DNA from: Oscillospiraceae bacterium
GTDB lineage: Bacteria > Bacillota > Clostridia > UMGS1883
Direction of reading: 5' to 3'
DNA length: 64,000 nucleotides
Assembly (NCBI GenBank): GCA_015068735.1
Contig: SVJW01000008.1
Span: 259 to 64,258 of the forward strand
Both the position numbers and the translations under genes were made by a program. The notes below the pieces were generated by a model, which worked only from the letters and a program-made list of their open reading frames with translations, did not search any database and was not told the origin of the DNA. Below are positions 17,349 through 25,256 of the stretch, piece after piece (within the stretch, counting starts at the first letter, position 1; every line of letters starts with the position of its first letter).

Positions 17349-18308
17349 TTATAATATTACAAAATCCCCTACCGCAGAATCTTTTTCAACGGTAATTTTT
17401 ATCCCTTTTTTGGAAAAGTATTCTATGTTGCACCGTTTGTTTCCGTTAAATTTTGAAAGATAGTTTGGGTTTACAAGAATTTTTACATTATTCCCTTTTA
17501 CACATTCTTCTATTCTGTTACGGATGTCACGGCTTATTACCATTTCACCAAGTGACGGATGATACGCACCTGCAATATAGTTTTTTCTGAGATCATCCCC
17601 GTCCGGAAGCCCTATTCTTAAAATCTCAATATTGTTTTCTTTAAAATAACGGTACAGTTTAGCCGAAACGGATACCGCTTCCTCGACAGTCTGCGGAACA
17701 TACTCCCCTTTTTCAAGCATCGTTTCAAGATATGTTCCTCGAAGAACTACCGTGGGATAAATTCTCGTTTCTTTTGCACCAAGTTCTTTAAATCTGCGTG
17801 CGGTGTACATGCATTTTTCCTCAGTATCTCCGGGAAGTCCCGTCATCATTTGAAGACCAAGCACGCAACCACTTTCATTTATAACTTCTGCCGCTTTTTC
17901 AACATCTGAAGCACTGTGTCCTCTCTTTGCGAGAAGCAGAACTTCTTCATCCATAGACTGTGCACCGAGTTCTATGTTTTTAACACCGTAGGATTTAAGT
18001 CTTTCCACCGTTTCCCTGTCAATATAATCAGGACGGGTTGAAAGACGGATGCTTTTAACAAAACCTTTTTTTATATATTCCTCTGCAATAGAAAGATATT
18101 CATTCTGCTTATTCACATCAATTCCCGTGAAACTTCCACCGAAAAAAGCTATCTGCTCTGCCACCTTTCCACCTGAAAGATATTCTTCAATTATGTTTCT
18201 TGCTTCACAAATTCCCGGAGCATTACTTTTTCCGCTGATTGTACGCTGGTTACAGAAAGCACAATCATTGGGGCACCCCTCGTGAGGTACAAAAATAGGT
18301 ATAATCAT
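17349..18308 (-). CDS. radical SAM protein (ELP3/MiaB-like core)
   Basis: The sequence MIIPIFVPHEGCPNDCAFCNQ contains the CxxxCxxC cluster motif. An AGAGGA SD lies before ATG 18308. Confidence 0.8.
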   Translation of the reverse strand: MIIPIFVPHEGCPNDCAFCNQRTISGKSNAPGICEARNIIEEYLSGGKVAEQIAFFGGSFTGIDVNKQNEYLSIAEEYIKKGFVKSIRLSTRPDYIDRETVERLKSYGVKNIELGAQSMDEEVLLLAKRGHSASDVEKAAEVINESGCVLGLQMMTGLPGDTEEKCMYTARRFKELGAKETRIYPTVVLRGTYLETMLEKGEYVPQTVEEAVSVSAKLYRYFKENNIEILRIGLPDGDDLRKNYIAGAYHPSLGEMVISRDIRNRIEECVKGNNVKILVNPNYLSKFNGNKRCNIEYFSKKGIKITVEKDSAVGDFVIL

Positions 18309-18373
18309 AAACTGTTCCTCTTTCAAAAAATGACAAGCTTCCAAAAGAAACTTGTCATTTTTCTTGTTATTTT

Positions 18374-19645
18374 TTACTGAACTTCATATTCATCGTCTTC
18401 ATCATCTGAAACAGCTTTACCGATAAGAAGAACGAGAACACCAACCAAAACGGTAACGGAAGCAAATACAATTGCACTGTTATTAAAGCTCGTCACAACA
18501 GCATCAACCATACTTTTTACAAAAGGACTTACTGCGTGTAATTTAATTCTGAAGAAATATCCTGCCAGACCTGCAAGAATACCTGCAGCAACAATTGCGC
18601 CACCTATCATTCTATGCCAATATCCCTTGCAATAAATAACTGTAAGAACAAGCAGCACAATAAATGAAACTACAAGCAATATAAGAACTACAGTTGAGAA
18701 CAATACTGCTGTAAAACGGGTTGTTTTTACTGCAGACTGTTTTGCAAGATTATCAACAGAAAATTCCTTAATAACAGAAGATTTTGAAATTCTGTCAGCA
18801 ATATCTTCGCACATTACCTGACCAAAATAACCGTCACCGGTACTTCCTGATGTTATAACTTCGATAACACCTCTGTTTTCATAAAGTACATCAAATATAT
18901 CCTGTTTTGTAACTTTATCAACAGGTGTACCATAAATATAGTAATTAACAACATCATGCGCAATGCCTGAAATAAATGAAGGATATGAAGACCTGTCAAC
19001 ATAATCTTCAATTTCAGCATAAGTGATGGGAATCATTGAATTATCTCTTAAAATATCCATAAGGCTCGCATTGGGCGAACTCTGTTCAAGGTATATCTTT
19101 TCGGGATTTTTAATTTTTCCAATCACATATGTTTCGGGATTGCTCTTACGGATTGCTTTCTCTACAGAGTATTCTGAAGTATTCATCTTTACCATCAGAG
19201 ACATAAGCGTTGTAGTAACAACAACCACCAAAAGCAAAACGAACAGAACATTTCTGGTAATCACTAAAGCCTTACGAATGCGTTTTCTGCGTCTTCTTGC
19301 TTTCTTAGATTTAAGTTTTTTCCTCTTTGCCTGAGCCATCTGCGCTTTACGTTTTTCTTTTTCCTTGTTGTATTTAGGAATTTTTATAGGCTCGGGCGCA
19401 AACTCAGAAATAATCTCTTCTTTAATTGTCATTTCTTTAGAAGCAGTTTCTTCATCGGGAGCAGGAATTTCTGCATTTTCTTCATCAGCTATTCCTTCTG
19501 CTTCATTATCCTCTACAGGGGTTTCTTCAGCAACTTCCTCGACAGTTTCTTCGGTTACTTTTTCAGTTTTAACCTCAGTTTCTGTTTCGGGAGATGTTTC
19601 TTCTGCGATTTCTTCATTTATGTCCAATTCGTGTTTATCAGTCAT
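18374..19645 (-). CDS. hypothetical membrane protein with an acidic N-tail, a poly-basic patch, an extracytoplasmic domain and a C-terminal TM bundle
   Basis: 423 aa. The first 70 residues are rich in E/T/V, followed by KRKKLKSKKARRRRKRIRK and a TM segment. Three or four TM segments lie at the C-terminus. I recognise no family. Confidence 0.7.
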   Translation of the reverse strand: MTDKHELDINEEIAEETSPETETEVKTEKVTEETVEEVAEETPVEDNEAEGIADEENAEIPAPDEETASKEMTIKEEIISEFAPEPIKIPKYNKEKEKRKAQMAQAKRKKLKSKKARRRRKRIRKALVITRNVLFVLLLVVVVTTTLMSLMVKMNTSEYSVEKAIRKSNPETYVIGKIKNPEKIYLEQSSPNASLMDILRDNSMIPITYAEIEDYVDRSSYPSFISGIAHDVVNYYIYGTPVDKVTKQDIFDVLYENRGVIEVITSGSTGDGYFGQVMCEDIADRISKSSVIKEFSVDNLAKQSAVKTTRFTAVLFSTVVLILLVVSFIVLLVLTVIYCKGYWHRMIGGAIVAAGILAGLAGYFFRIKLHAVSPFVKSMVDAVVTSFNNSAIVFASVTVLVGVLVLLIGKAVSDDEDDEYEVQ

Positions 19646-19669
19646 AATAACACATCCTTTACTATACTT

Positions 19670-19698
19670 ATAATACCAAGTTCTTCAAAATAAGTCAA
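19670..19698 (-). promoter_or_regulatory. sigma-A type promoter for the 423-aa membrane protein gene
   Basis: On the minus strand: TTGACT (19698-19693), a 17-nt spacer, then TATTAT (19675-19670). Confidence 0.45.
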
Positions 19699-19735
19699 GG
19701 GATTTTGTTTTACCGATAAAATTTTTGAATTTTTA

Positions 19736-19749
19736 CGAACAAATGTTTG
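19736..19749. promoter_or_regulatory. LexA operator (Cheo/SOS box)
   Basis: cgaacaaatgtttg matches the Gram-positive consensus CGAACnnnnGTTCG at 13/14 positions. It overlaps the lexA -35 box. Confidence 0.75.
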
Positions 19750-19775
19750 ATTTTTTCTTTTTACTGTGTTATAAT
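19747..19775 (+). promoter_or_regulatory. lexA promoter with an extended -10
   Basis: TTGATT (19747-19752), a 17-nt spacer, then TGtTATAAT (19767-19775). Confidence 0.55.
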
Positions 19776-19804
19776 GATAAAAAAGAGTTTATGGAGGGAT
19801 TTTT

Positions 19805-20419
19805 GTGGCAGCAAATATAGATAAGCAGCAACAGATTCTGAATTTTATAGAGAAGCAAGTTTTGGAAAAAGGATATCCTCCTACGGTGCGAGAAATATGC
19901 GATGCCGTAGGGCTCAACTCCCCTGCAACGGTACACGGTTATCTGAAAAGATTGGAAAAAAACGGTCATATTATAAAAGAAAACGGCAGTTCAAGAGGTA
20001 TCAGGCTTAAGAATGTTCCCACCAATATCTCTTCTATAGATAAGGAATATCTTGAAGTTCCGGTTATCGGCCGTGTCAGTGCAGGTATGCCCATTCTTGC
20101 CGAGGAAAACTTAGAAAGAACATTCCCTCTTCCCATGGATTTTGCTAAGAAAAATGATGTATATATGCTTCGTGTCCGCGGTGAGAGTATGATAAATGCC
20201 GGTATTCTTGACGGTGACTATGTAATAGTTGAAAAGTGCGAGGTTGCCCGTAACGGTGAAATGGTAGTCGCTCTCGTTGACGACAGTGCAACGGTTAAGA
20301 CGTTCTACAAAGAGGACGGGCATTTCCGTCTTCAGCCGGAAAATGATTTTATGGAGCCTATCATCGTAGACAGCGTTTCCATTTTAGGCAAAGTTGTAGG
20401 TGTTTATAGATTATTTTAA
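19805..20419 (+). CDS. lexA: LexA repressor
   Basis: GTG start after a GGAGGG SD. It has a winged-helix N-terminus (GYPPTVREICDAVGLNSPATVHGYL), an AG cleavage site (VSAGMP) and the S24 peptidase motif RGESMINAGI with ATVK. Confidence 0.95.
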   Translation: MAANIDKQQQILNFIEKQVLEKGYPPTVREICDAVGLNSPATVHGYLKRLEKNGHIIKENGSSRGIRLKNVPTNISSIDKEYLEVPVIGRVSAGMPILAEENLERTFPLPMDFAKKNDVYMLRVRGESMINAGILDGDYVIVEKCEVARNGEMVVALVDDSATVKTFYKEDGHFRLQPENDFMEPIIVDSVSILGKVVGVYRLF

Positions 20420-20456
20420 AAAGAAATCTGTGACAAATTGTCACAGATTTCTTTTT
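20418..20456. terminator. bidirectional intrinsic terminator
   Basis: aagaaatctgtgaca, an aat loop, then tgtcacagatttctt, flanked by A-runs and T-runs. Confidence 0.8.
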
Positions 20457-20631
20457 ATTTGTTCATAACAAGATCTTCTATTGCATATCCTACAGTTTTC
20501 AGTGCACGGTTTGTTTTTTTGTATGCCTTTTTAATTTTCGCTGTACTCGGCGGTTCAATCATCATACAAACGGCACCGCCTATAATAGTGCCTGCAACAA
20601 AGCCTTTTGCAAATCCTAATGCCTTTTTCAT
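20455..20631 (-). CDS. 58-aa small membrane-associated protein (below the ORF-track length cut-off)
   Basis: My own translation is MKKALGFAKGFVAGTIIGGAVCMMIEPPSTAKIKKAYKKTNRALKTVGYAIEDLVMNK. An AAGGAGG SD lies 8 nt upstream, and a terminator follows directly. Confidence 0.6.
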   Translation of the reverse strand: MKKALGFAKGFVAGTIIGGAVCMMIEPPSTAKIKKAYKKTNRALKTVGYAIEDLVMNK

Positions 20632-20673
20632 ACTATAACCTCCTTATACCTTTAGTATGGAGATTTTTTCATT

Positions 20674-21216
20674 TTATATGCTTTTGTTTTTGAATATGAA
20701 TTTTTCTGACAGTTTGACACTTCCCCAACCGATTGCTGTTCCAAGTAATATTGATGCCAGCACATCTGTGGGAAAATGCACATACAGATAAAGTCTGGAA
20801 AATGCTATTAAAACAGCAAGCGTCAACGCACAATACCCAATTTTCCGTTCTTTTACCAAAAGGATTGTTGCCGAAATAAATGACGCCAGAGTGTGGCCTG
20901 ACGGGAATGAAAAATCGTGAGGAGTATCTATGAGGAGACTGATTTTTTCCGTAAATTCAAAAGGCCTTGTTCTTGCAACAAGCGGTTTCAGGATTATATT
21001 TCCTATGAGAAGGCTCAGAATAAGACCTATTGCAAGAGCGATACCTGTTCTACGGTATTTTTTGCAGGAAATCATAATAAGTGCCGTAATAATCCATATT
21101 ATCCCTGCATCTCCAAGTGTTGTTATAAATACCATTACTTTATCCATAACAGGGTTTGTCATATGCTCTTGTATGAAATTTAGAATAGTTAATTCTGCAT
21201 CAATCATATTTTTCAC
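20674..21216 (-). CDS. PAP2 family phosphatase (BcrC/undecaprenyl-diphosphatase-like)
   Basis: Motifs KPLVARTRP, SFPSGHT and SRLYLYVHFPTDV. Confidence 0.85.
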   Translation of the reverse strand: MKNMIDAELTILNFIQEHMTNPVMDKVMVFITTLGDAGIIWIITALIMISCKKYRRTGIALAIGLILSLLIGNIILKPLVARTRPFEFTEKISLLIDTPHDFSFPSGHTLASFISATILLVKERKIGYCALTLAVLIAFSRLYLYVHFPTDVLASILLGTAIGWGSVKLSEKFIFKNKSI

Positions 21217-21331
21217 CGATGACTATTATATATTATTCCATTTTTGTTGTAAAGTTATTTAATAAAATTTATTGAAATATACTCTGATTTATTATATAAT
21301 AGATTGAAAAGTTTTTTAAGGAGTTATCGGT

Positions 21332-21916
21332 ATGACTGTTATTGAACGTTATGAAGCACTCAAATCACGGGTTGTAAAAAGGAAAGACGAGTTTTCTACC
21401 CTTATTGATTTTATGGAAAAAGAAACAGATTATCTTACCTCTCCTGCAAGCACGCGTTTTCACCTTTGCAGAAAGCAAGGACTTCTGGAACATAGCGTCA
21501 ATGTAGCGGAAACAATGCTTAAATTCCGCGATGCAATTGCTCCTGAAATTGATGAGGAAAGCTGTATCATAACAGCACTCATACACGATCTTGGGAAAGC
21601 AGGTATGCCGGGAAGACCCCAGTACCTTGAAAATGAGCCTACTCCCAAGCAAAAGCAGTACGGGTTTCCTGCAACTATTCCCTACAGAATAAATGAAAAT
21701 CTCGTTTATTTAAGCGTTCCCGTGAGAAGCCTGTATCTGGCTCTTCCCCATATCTCATTATCGGAAAGCGAAGTTCAGGCGGTTATGTACCACGACGGGC
21801 AGTATGTTGATGATAATAAGAGTGTTGCAACAAAGGAAACTCCTCTGTTACTTTTATTGCAGTATGCTGACACTTGGAGTACTTTTGTAATAGAAAAGGA
21901 TACTAAAAGGAAATAA
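21332..21916 (+). CDS. HD domain phosphohydrolase
   Basis: An H...HDLGK motif (ALIHDLGKAG), 194 aa. Confidence 0.75.
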   Translation: MTVIERYEALKSRVVKRKDEFSTLIDFMEKETDYLTSPASTRFHLCRKQGLLEHSVNVAETMLKFRDAIAPEIDEESCIITALIHDLGKAGMPGRPQYLENEPTPKQKQYGFPATIPYRINENLVYLSVPVRSLYLALPHISLSESEVQAVMYHDGQYVDDNKSVATKETPLLLLLQYADTWSTFVIEKDTKRK

Positions 21917-21934
21917 ACCGAAAGGAAGATATAA

Positions 21935-23773
21935 ATGACAGAACCAAAGAATATACGAAACATCGCAATTATCGCCCATGTTGACCATGGAAAGACTACA
22001 CTTGTTGATTCACTTTTAAAACAAAGCGGTGTTTTCCGTGACAATGCGCAGGTTGAAGAAAGAGTTATGGACTCCAACGATATTGAAAAAGAGCGCGGTA
22101 TTACCATATTGGCAAAAAATACAAGCCTTATGTACAATGATGTTAAAATAAACATCATTGACACTCCCGGTCATGCCGATTTCGGTGGAGAAGTTGAGCG
22201 CGGTCTTAAAATGGCTGACGGTGTACTCCTCCTCGTCGATGCTTTTGAAGGTTGTATGCCACAGACAAGATTTGTTCTTAAAAAGGCGCTTGAGCTTAAT
22301 CTTGCAATAATTATGGTTGTAAATAAGGCAGACCGCCCCAATGCACGCCCCTACGAGGTAACGGATGAACTTTTGGAACTTTTCATTGACCTTGACGCAA
22401 CAGATGACCAGCTTGATTCCCCCGTTGTTTACGTTTCCGGTCGTGACGGATGGGCAAGTCTTTCTCCCGATAATCATCCTGATGACCTTAAGGTGCTTTT
22501 AGACCTTATTGTTTCTCATATTCCCGCTCCCGAAGATACAAGGGAGGGTGAATTCCAGATGCTTGTTTCAAATATTGACTACGATACATTTACAGGTAGA
22601 ATTGCAGTAGGTAGAATCAACCGCGGTCTTGTAAAAACCAATATGCCAATTACAATAAGCCGTGAGGGTATGGATTCTTACAATTCAAGAGTATCCAAGC
22701 TTTTCTCATACAAAGATCTTGAAAAACAAGTAATTGAAGAAGCCGGTGCAGGCGAAATTGTTGCTATCAGCGGTGTTGAAAAAATAAACATCGGCGACAC
22801 AATCTGTGCTGCAGGAATTGTTGAGCCACTCCCCTTTACACCTGTTGATGAGCCTGTTCTTTCTATGACCTTCAGCGTAAATAACAGTCCTTTTGCAGGT
22901 CAGGATGGTGATTATGTAACAAGCCGCCATATCCGTGACAGACTTATAAGAGAGCTTGAAAGTAACATCGCACTAAAGGTTTCCGAAACAGATTCTCCCG
23001 ATAGCTATATTGTATCAGGTCGTGGTGAGCTTCACCTTTCCGTTCTCATTGAAAATATGCGTCGTGAGGGTTATGAGTTCCAGGTAAGTAAACCTAAGAC
23101 AATTAACAAAGAAATTGACGGTGTTATGTGTGAGCCTTTTGAAATGCTCACAATTGACGTTCCTGACGAACATACAGGCGTTGTTATGGAAGGTATCGGT
23201 GCCCGTAAAGGCACTCTTGTAAATATGGCGCCCGGTGCGGCAGGGTACACCAAACTTGAATTCCGTATCCCGTCCAGAGGTCTTATCGGTTATCGCGGTG
23301 AGCTTCTTACCGCTACAAAGGGTACAGGTGTTATAAACAGCGTATTTGACAGCTATGAGCCTATTGTTCCCGGTGAATTTACAACCCGTTCCAGAGGCAG
23401 CCTTGTAGCATATGAAACAGGCGAATCCGTTGCATACGGTCTGTTTAATTCTCAGGACCGCGGACTTATGTTTATAGGACCGGGTGAAAAAGTATATCAG
23501 GGTATGGTTGTAGGCGAATGCAGCCGTCTCGAAGATATTGTAGTAAATGTATGCAAACGCAAACAGGCAACAAATATGCGTGCCGCAGGAAGTGATGAGG
23601 CACTCCGCCTTACTCCCCCTAAAATCCTGAGTCTTGAAGAAAGTCTTGAATTTCTTGCCGATGATGAACTTTTGGAGGTTACTCCCAATTTCCTCAGAAT
23701 CAGAAAGAGAATTCTTGACACTGACCTTCGTGCAAAGGAAGCTAACAGAATAAAAAAGCAACAACAAAATTAA
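21935..23773 (+). CDS. typA: translational GTPase TypA/BipA
   Basis: Motifs NIAIIAHVDHGKTTLVD, DTPGHADFGGEVER and NKADR. The length of 612 aa and the C-terminal domain fit BipA. Confidence 0.95.
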   Translation: MTEPKNIRNIAIIAHVDHGKTTLVDSLLKQSGVFRDNAQVEERVMDSNDIEKERGITILAKNTSLMYNDVKINIIDTPGHADFGGEVERGLKMADGVLLLVDAFEGCMPQTRFVLKKALELNLAIIMVVNKADRPNARPYEVTDELLELFIDLDATDDQLDSPVVYVSGRDGWASLSPDNHPDDLKVLLDLIVSHIPAPEDTREGEFQMLVSNIDYDTFTGRIAVGRINRGLVKTNMPITISREGMDSYNSRVSKLFSYKDLEKQVIEEAGAGEIVAISGVEKINIGDTICAAGIVEPLPFTPVDEPVLSMTFSVNNSPFAGQDGDYVTSRHIRDRLIRELESNIALKVSETDSPDSYIVSGRGELHLSVLIENMRREGYEFQVSKPKTINKEIDGVMCEPFEMLTIDVPDEHTGVVMEGIGARKGTLVNMAPGAAGYTKLEFRIPSRGLIGYRGELLTATKGTGVINSVFDSYEPIVPGEFTTRSRGSLVAYETGESVAYGLFNSQDRGLMFIGPGEKVYQGMVVGECSRLEDIVVNVCKRKQATNMRAAGSDEALRLTPPKILSLEESLEFLADDELLEVTPNFLRIRKRILDTDLRAKEANRIKKQQQN

Positions 23774-23789
23774 AATTGGGTTACATCGC

Positions 23790-23818
23790 TTGACTTTCGT
23801 CAAATAATACAATATGAT
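23790..23818 (+). promoter_or_regulatory. sigma-A type promoter for the 84-aa gene
   Basis: TTGACT (23790-23795), a 17-nt spacer, then TATGAT (23813-23818). Confidence 0.45.
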
Positions 23819-23849
23819 GTAATCATAAAATATAAGGAGGTAACAAATT

Positions 23850-24104
23850 ATGAGAGAATTTGAAATTCATGATCTTGATGTAACAGCTTTTGTGAAAGAG
23901 CTTAATAACTGTACCGGTCAGGTATGGCTTACAACCGATGAAGGAGACAAAATCAATCTTATGTCTGCTTTCTGCCGTGTTGTTGGTCTTATGAGCATTC
24001 TTCAAGGTGCAAAGCTCAGCCATGCAAAGATTGAGTGCGAAAACATGGAAGACGAAAGCCGTCTTTTCAGACTTAACCTTTACGGAAAAGTTGAAGACAA
24101 ATAA
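23850..24104 (+). CDS. hypothetical 84-aa protein
   Basis: AAGGAGG SD. The segment KINLMSAFCRVVGLMSILQGAKLSHAKIECENMEDE faintly recalls an HPr-like fold, with low confidence. Confidence 0.6.
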   Translation: MREFEIHDLDVTAFVKELNNCTGQVWLTTDEGDKINLMSAFCRVVGLMSILQGAKLSHAKIECENMEDESRLFRLNLYGKVEDK

Positions 24105-24116
24105 AAAATAATACAT

Positions 24117-24163
24117 AACAGCCCCCTTTTCCTCATATGTTAGAGTGAAAAGGGGGCTGTTTT
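24117..24163 (+). terminator. intrinsic terminator whose 3' arm contains the spoIIID SD
   Basis: A 14-bp stem pairs aacagccccctttt (24117-24130) with aaaagggggctgtt (24148-24161). The loop is 17 nt and a T-run follows. Confidence 0.65.
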
Positions 24164-24164
24164 C

Positions 24165-24428
24165 TTGAAAGATTATATAGAAAAGCGTGCAATTATGCTT
24201 GCATATTACATATTAGAGCACAACACAACGGTGCGCGCCGCTGCAAAAGAGTTTGGATTTTCAAAATCGGGTGTACATAAGGATGTTACTACCCGACTTG
24301 AAGAAATTGACCCTATTCTTGCAACCGATGTTAAAGCCGTTCTTGAAAAGAACAAGGCTGAAAGACATATAAGAGGCGGTATTGCCACGAAGCAGAAATA
24401 TGAGCAACAAAGATTGCTTAGCCGTTAA
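24165..24428 (+). CDS. spoIIID: sporulation transcriptional regulator SpoIIID
   Basis: TTG start. The sequence MKDYIEKRAIMLAYYILEHNTTVRAAAKEFGFSKSGVHKDV...HIRGGIATKQKY aligns along its length with B. subtilis SpoIIID. Confidence 0.9.
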   Translation: MKDYIEKRAIMLAYYILEHNTTVRAAAKEFGFSKSGVHKDVTTRLEEIDPILATDVKAVLEKNKAERHIRGGIATKQKYEQQRLLSR

Positions 24429-25071
24429 TAATACACAACGCACCAGCGCAGGACGCTAAGAGAAAAATTGCTGTTATTATAATTGTAATATTACTTTTTG
24501 CTGAAGATGTATTTGGTTTTTTCTCCATCAAACCACTTTGTCTTAAAACCTTTGTTACCGGCTTGTAAATAAGCATAACTAATGCAGCATTTAGCACACA
24601 CTTAATTACATTGAACGGAAGTATTGCAGGTATGAGAAGATCTGCTACGGCTTCTCTCGGCATTCCCGTATATATAGGGGTAAGAATATAATTAAGTATC
24701 ATCATGGTTGCAACAGCAGAAACAATTCCAACCAAAAGCCCTGTCATACCACCTTTAACATTGCGATATTTGTGATATATTGCCGACGCTGTACAAGCAA
24801 AAGCACAACTTGCTGCAATATTCATTAAGCATCCTATAATATGTGTTCCGCTGACAGTTATCATCTCAATTAAAGATACTATCAAGGAAATTGTAAAGGC
24901 AGATAAAGGTCCGTAAACAAATCCGCCGATAACAATAATCACATCTTTAGGATCATATTTCAAAAACGGAAATGCGGCAAAAAGCGGAGGCAGAAACCTA
25001 CTCGCAAACATTGCAATATAGCTAAGCGCGCACAAAAGTGCCATTGTTGTCATTTTTTTTGTTTTATTCAT
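24418..25071 (-). CDS. ribU: ECF transporter S component for riboflavin (RibU/FmnP-like)
   Basis: 217 aa and 5-6 TM segments of the ECF S-component type. It is preceded by an FMN riboswitch. Its 3' end overlaps the spoIIID 3' end by 11 nt. Confidence 0.8.
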   Translation of the reverse strand: MNKTKKMTTMALLCALSYIAMFASRFLPPLFAAFPFLKYDPKDVIIVIGGFVYGPLSAFTISLIVSLIEMITVSGTHIIGCLMNIAASCAFACTASAIYHKYRNVKGGMTGLLVGIVSAVATMMILNYILTPIYTGMPREAVADLLIPAILPFNVIKCVLNAALVMLIYKPVTKVLRQSGLMEKKPNTSSAKSNITIIITAIFLLASCAGALCIING

Positions 25072-25090
25072 AATTCACATTGATCCTTCC

Positions 25091-25253
25091 AATAAAATTG
25101 CCCCGACATAATTTGTCGGGGCATAATTGTTTATTTACAATTACATCTTCTCTCATCCGGACTATACCGTCGGTCACGGAATTACACCGTGTCGTGTCAA
25201 ATGACTTGCGGACTTTACCGCCGGTGGGGAATTTCGCCCCGCCCCGAAGATAT
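25091..25253 (-). promoter_or_regulatory. FMN riboswitch (RFN element) with a terminator expression platform
   Basis: The minus strand reads atatcttcggggcggggcgaaattccccaccggcggtaaagtccgcaag...ggtgtaattccgtgaccgacggtatagtccggatgagagaagat, which matches the conserved RFN core. A terminator hairpin follows, tgccccgaca/tgtcggggca (25099-25123), then ATTTTATT. Confidence 0.93.
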
Positions 25254-25256
25254 TTA

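Noticed and set aside
19646-19804. LexA (SOS) control of the divergent 423-aa membrane protein, by analogy with yneA/sosA-type division inhibitors
   Set aside because: The single Cheo box (19736-19749) overlaps the lexA -35 box. It lies about 38 bp upstream of the -35 (19693-19698) of the divergent promoter, so it does not occlude that promoter. No second box was seen. The protein is also far larger than known SOS inhibitors.
20438-20638. 66-aa plus-strand ORF
   Set aside because: It starts inside the lexA terminator and has no SD. The opposite strand carries a 58-aa ORF with a strong SD and terminator.
23015-23812. 265-aa minus-strand ORF
   Set aside because: It is antisense to typA/bipA and is a shadow ORF with no recognisable motifs.
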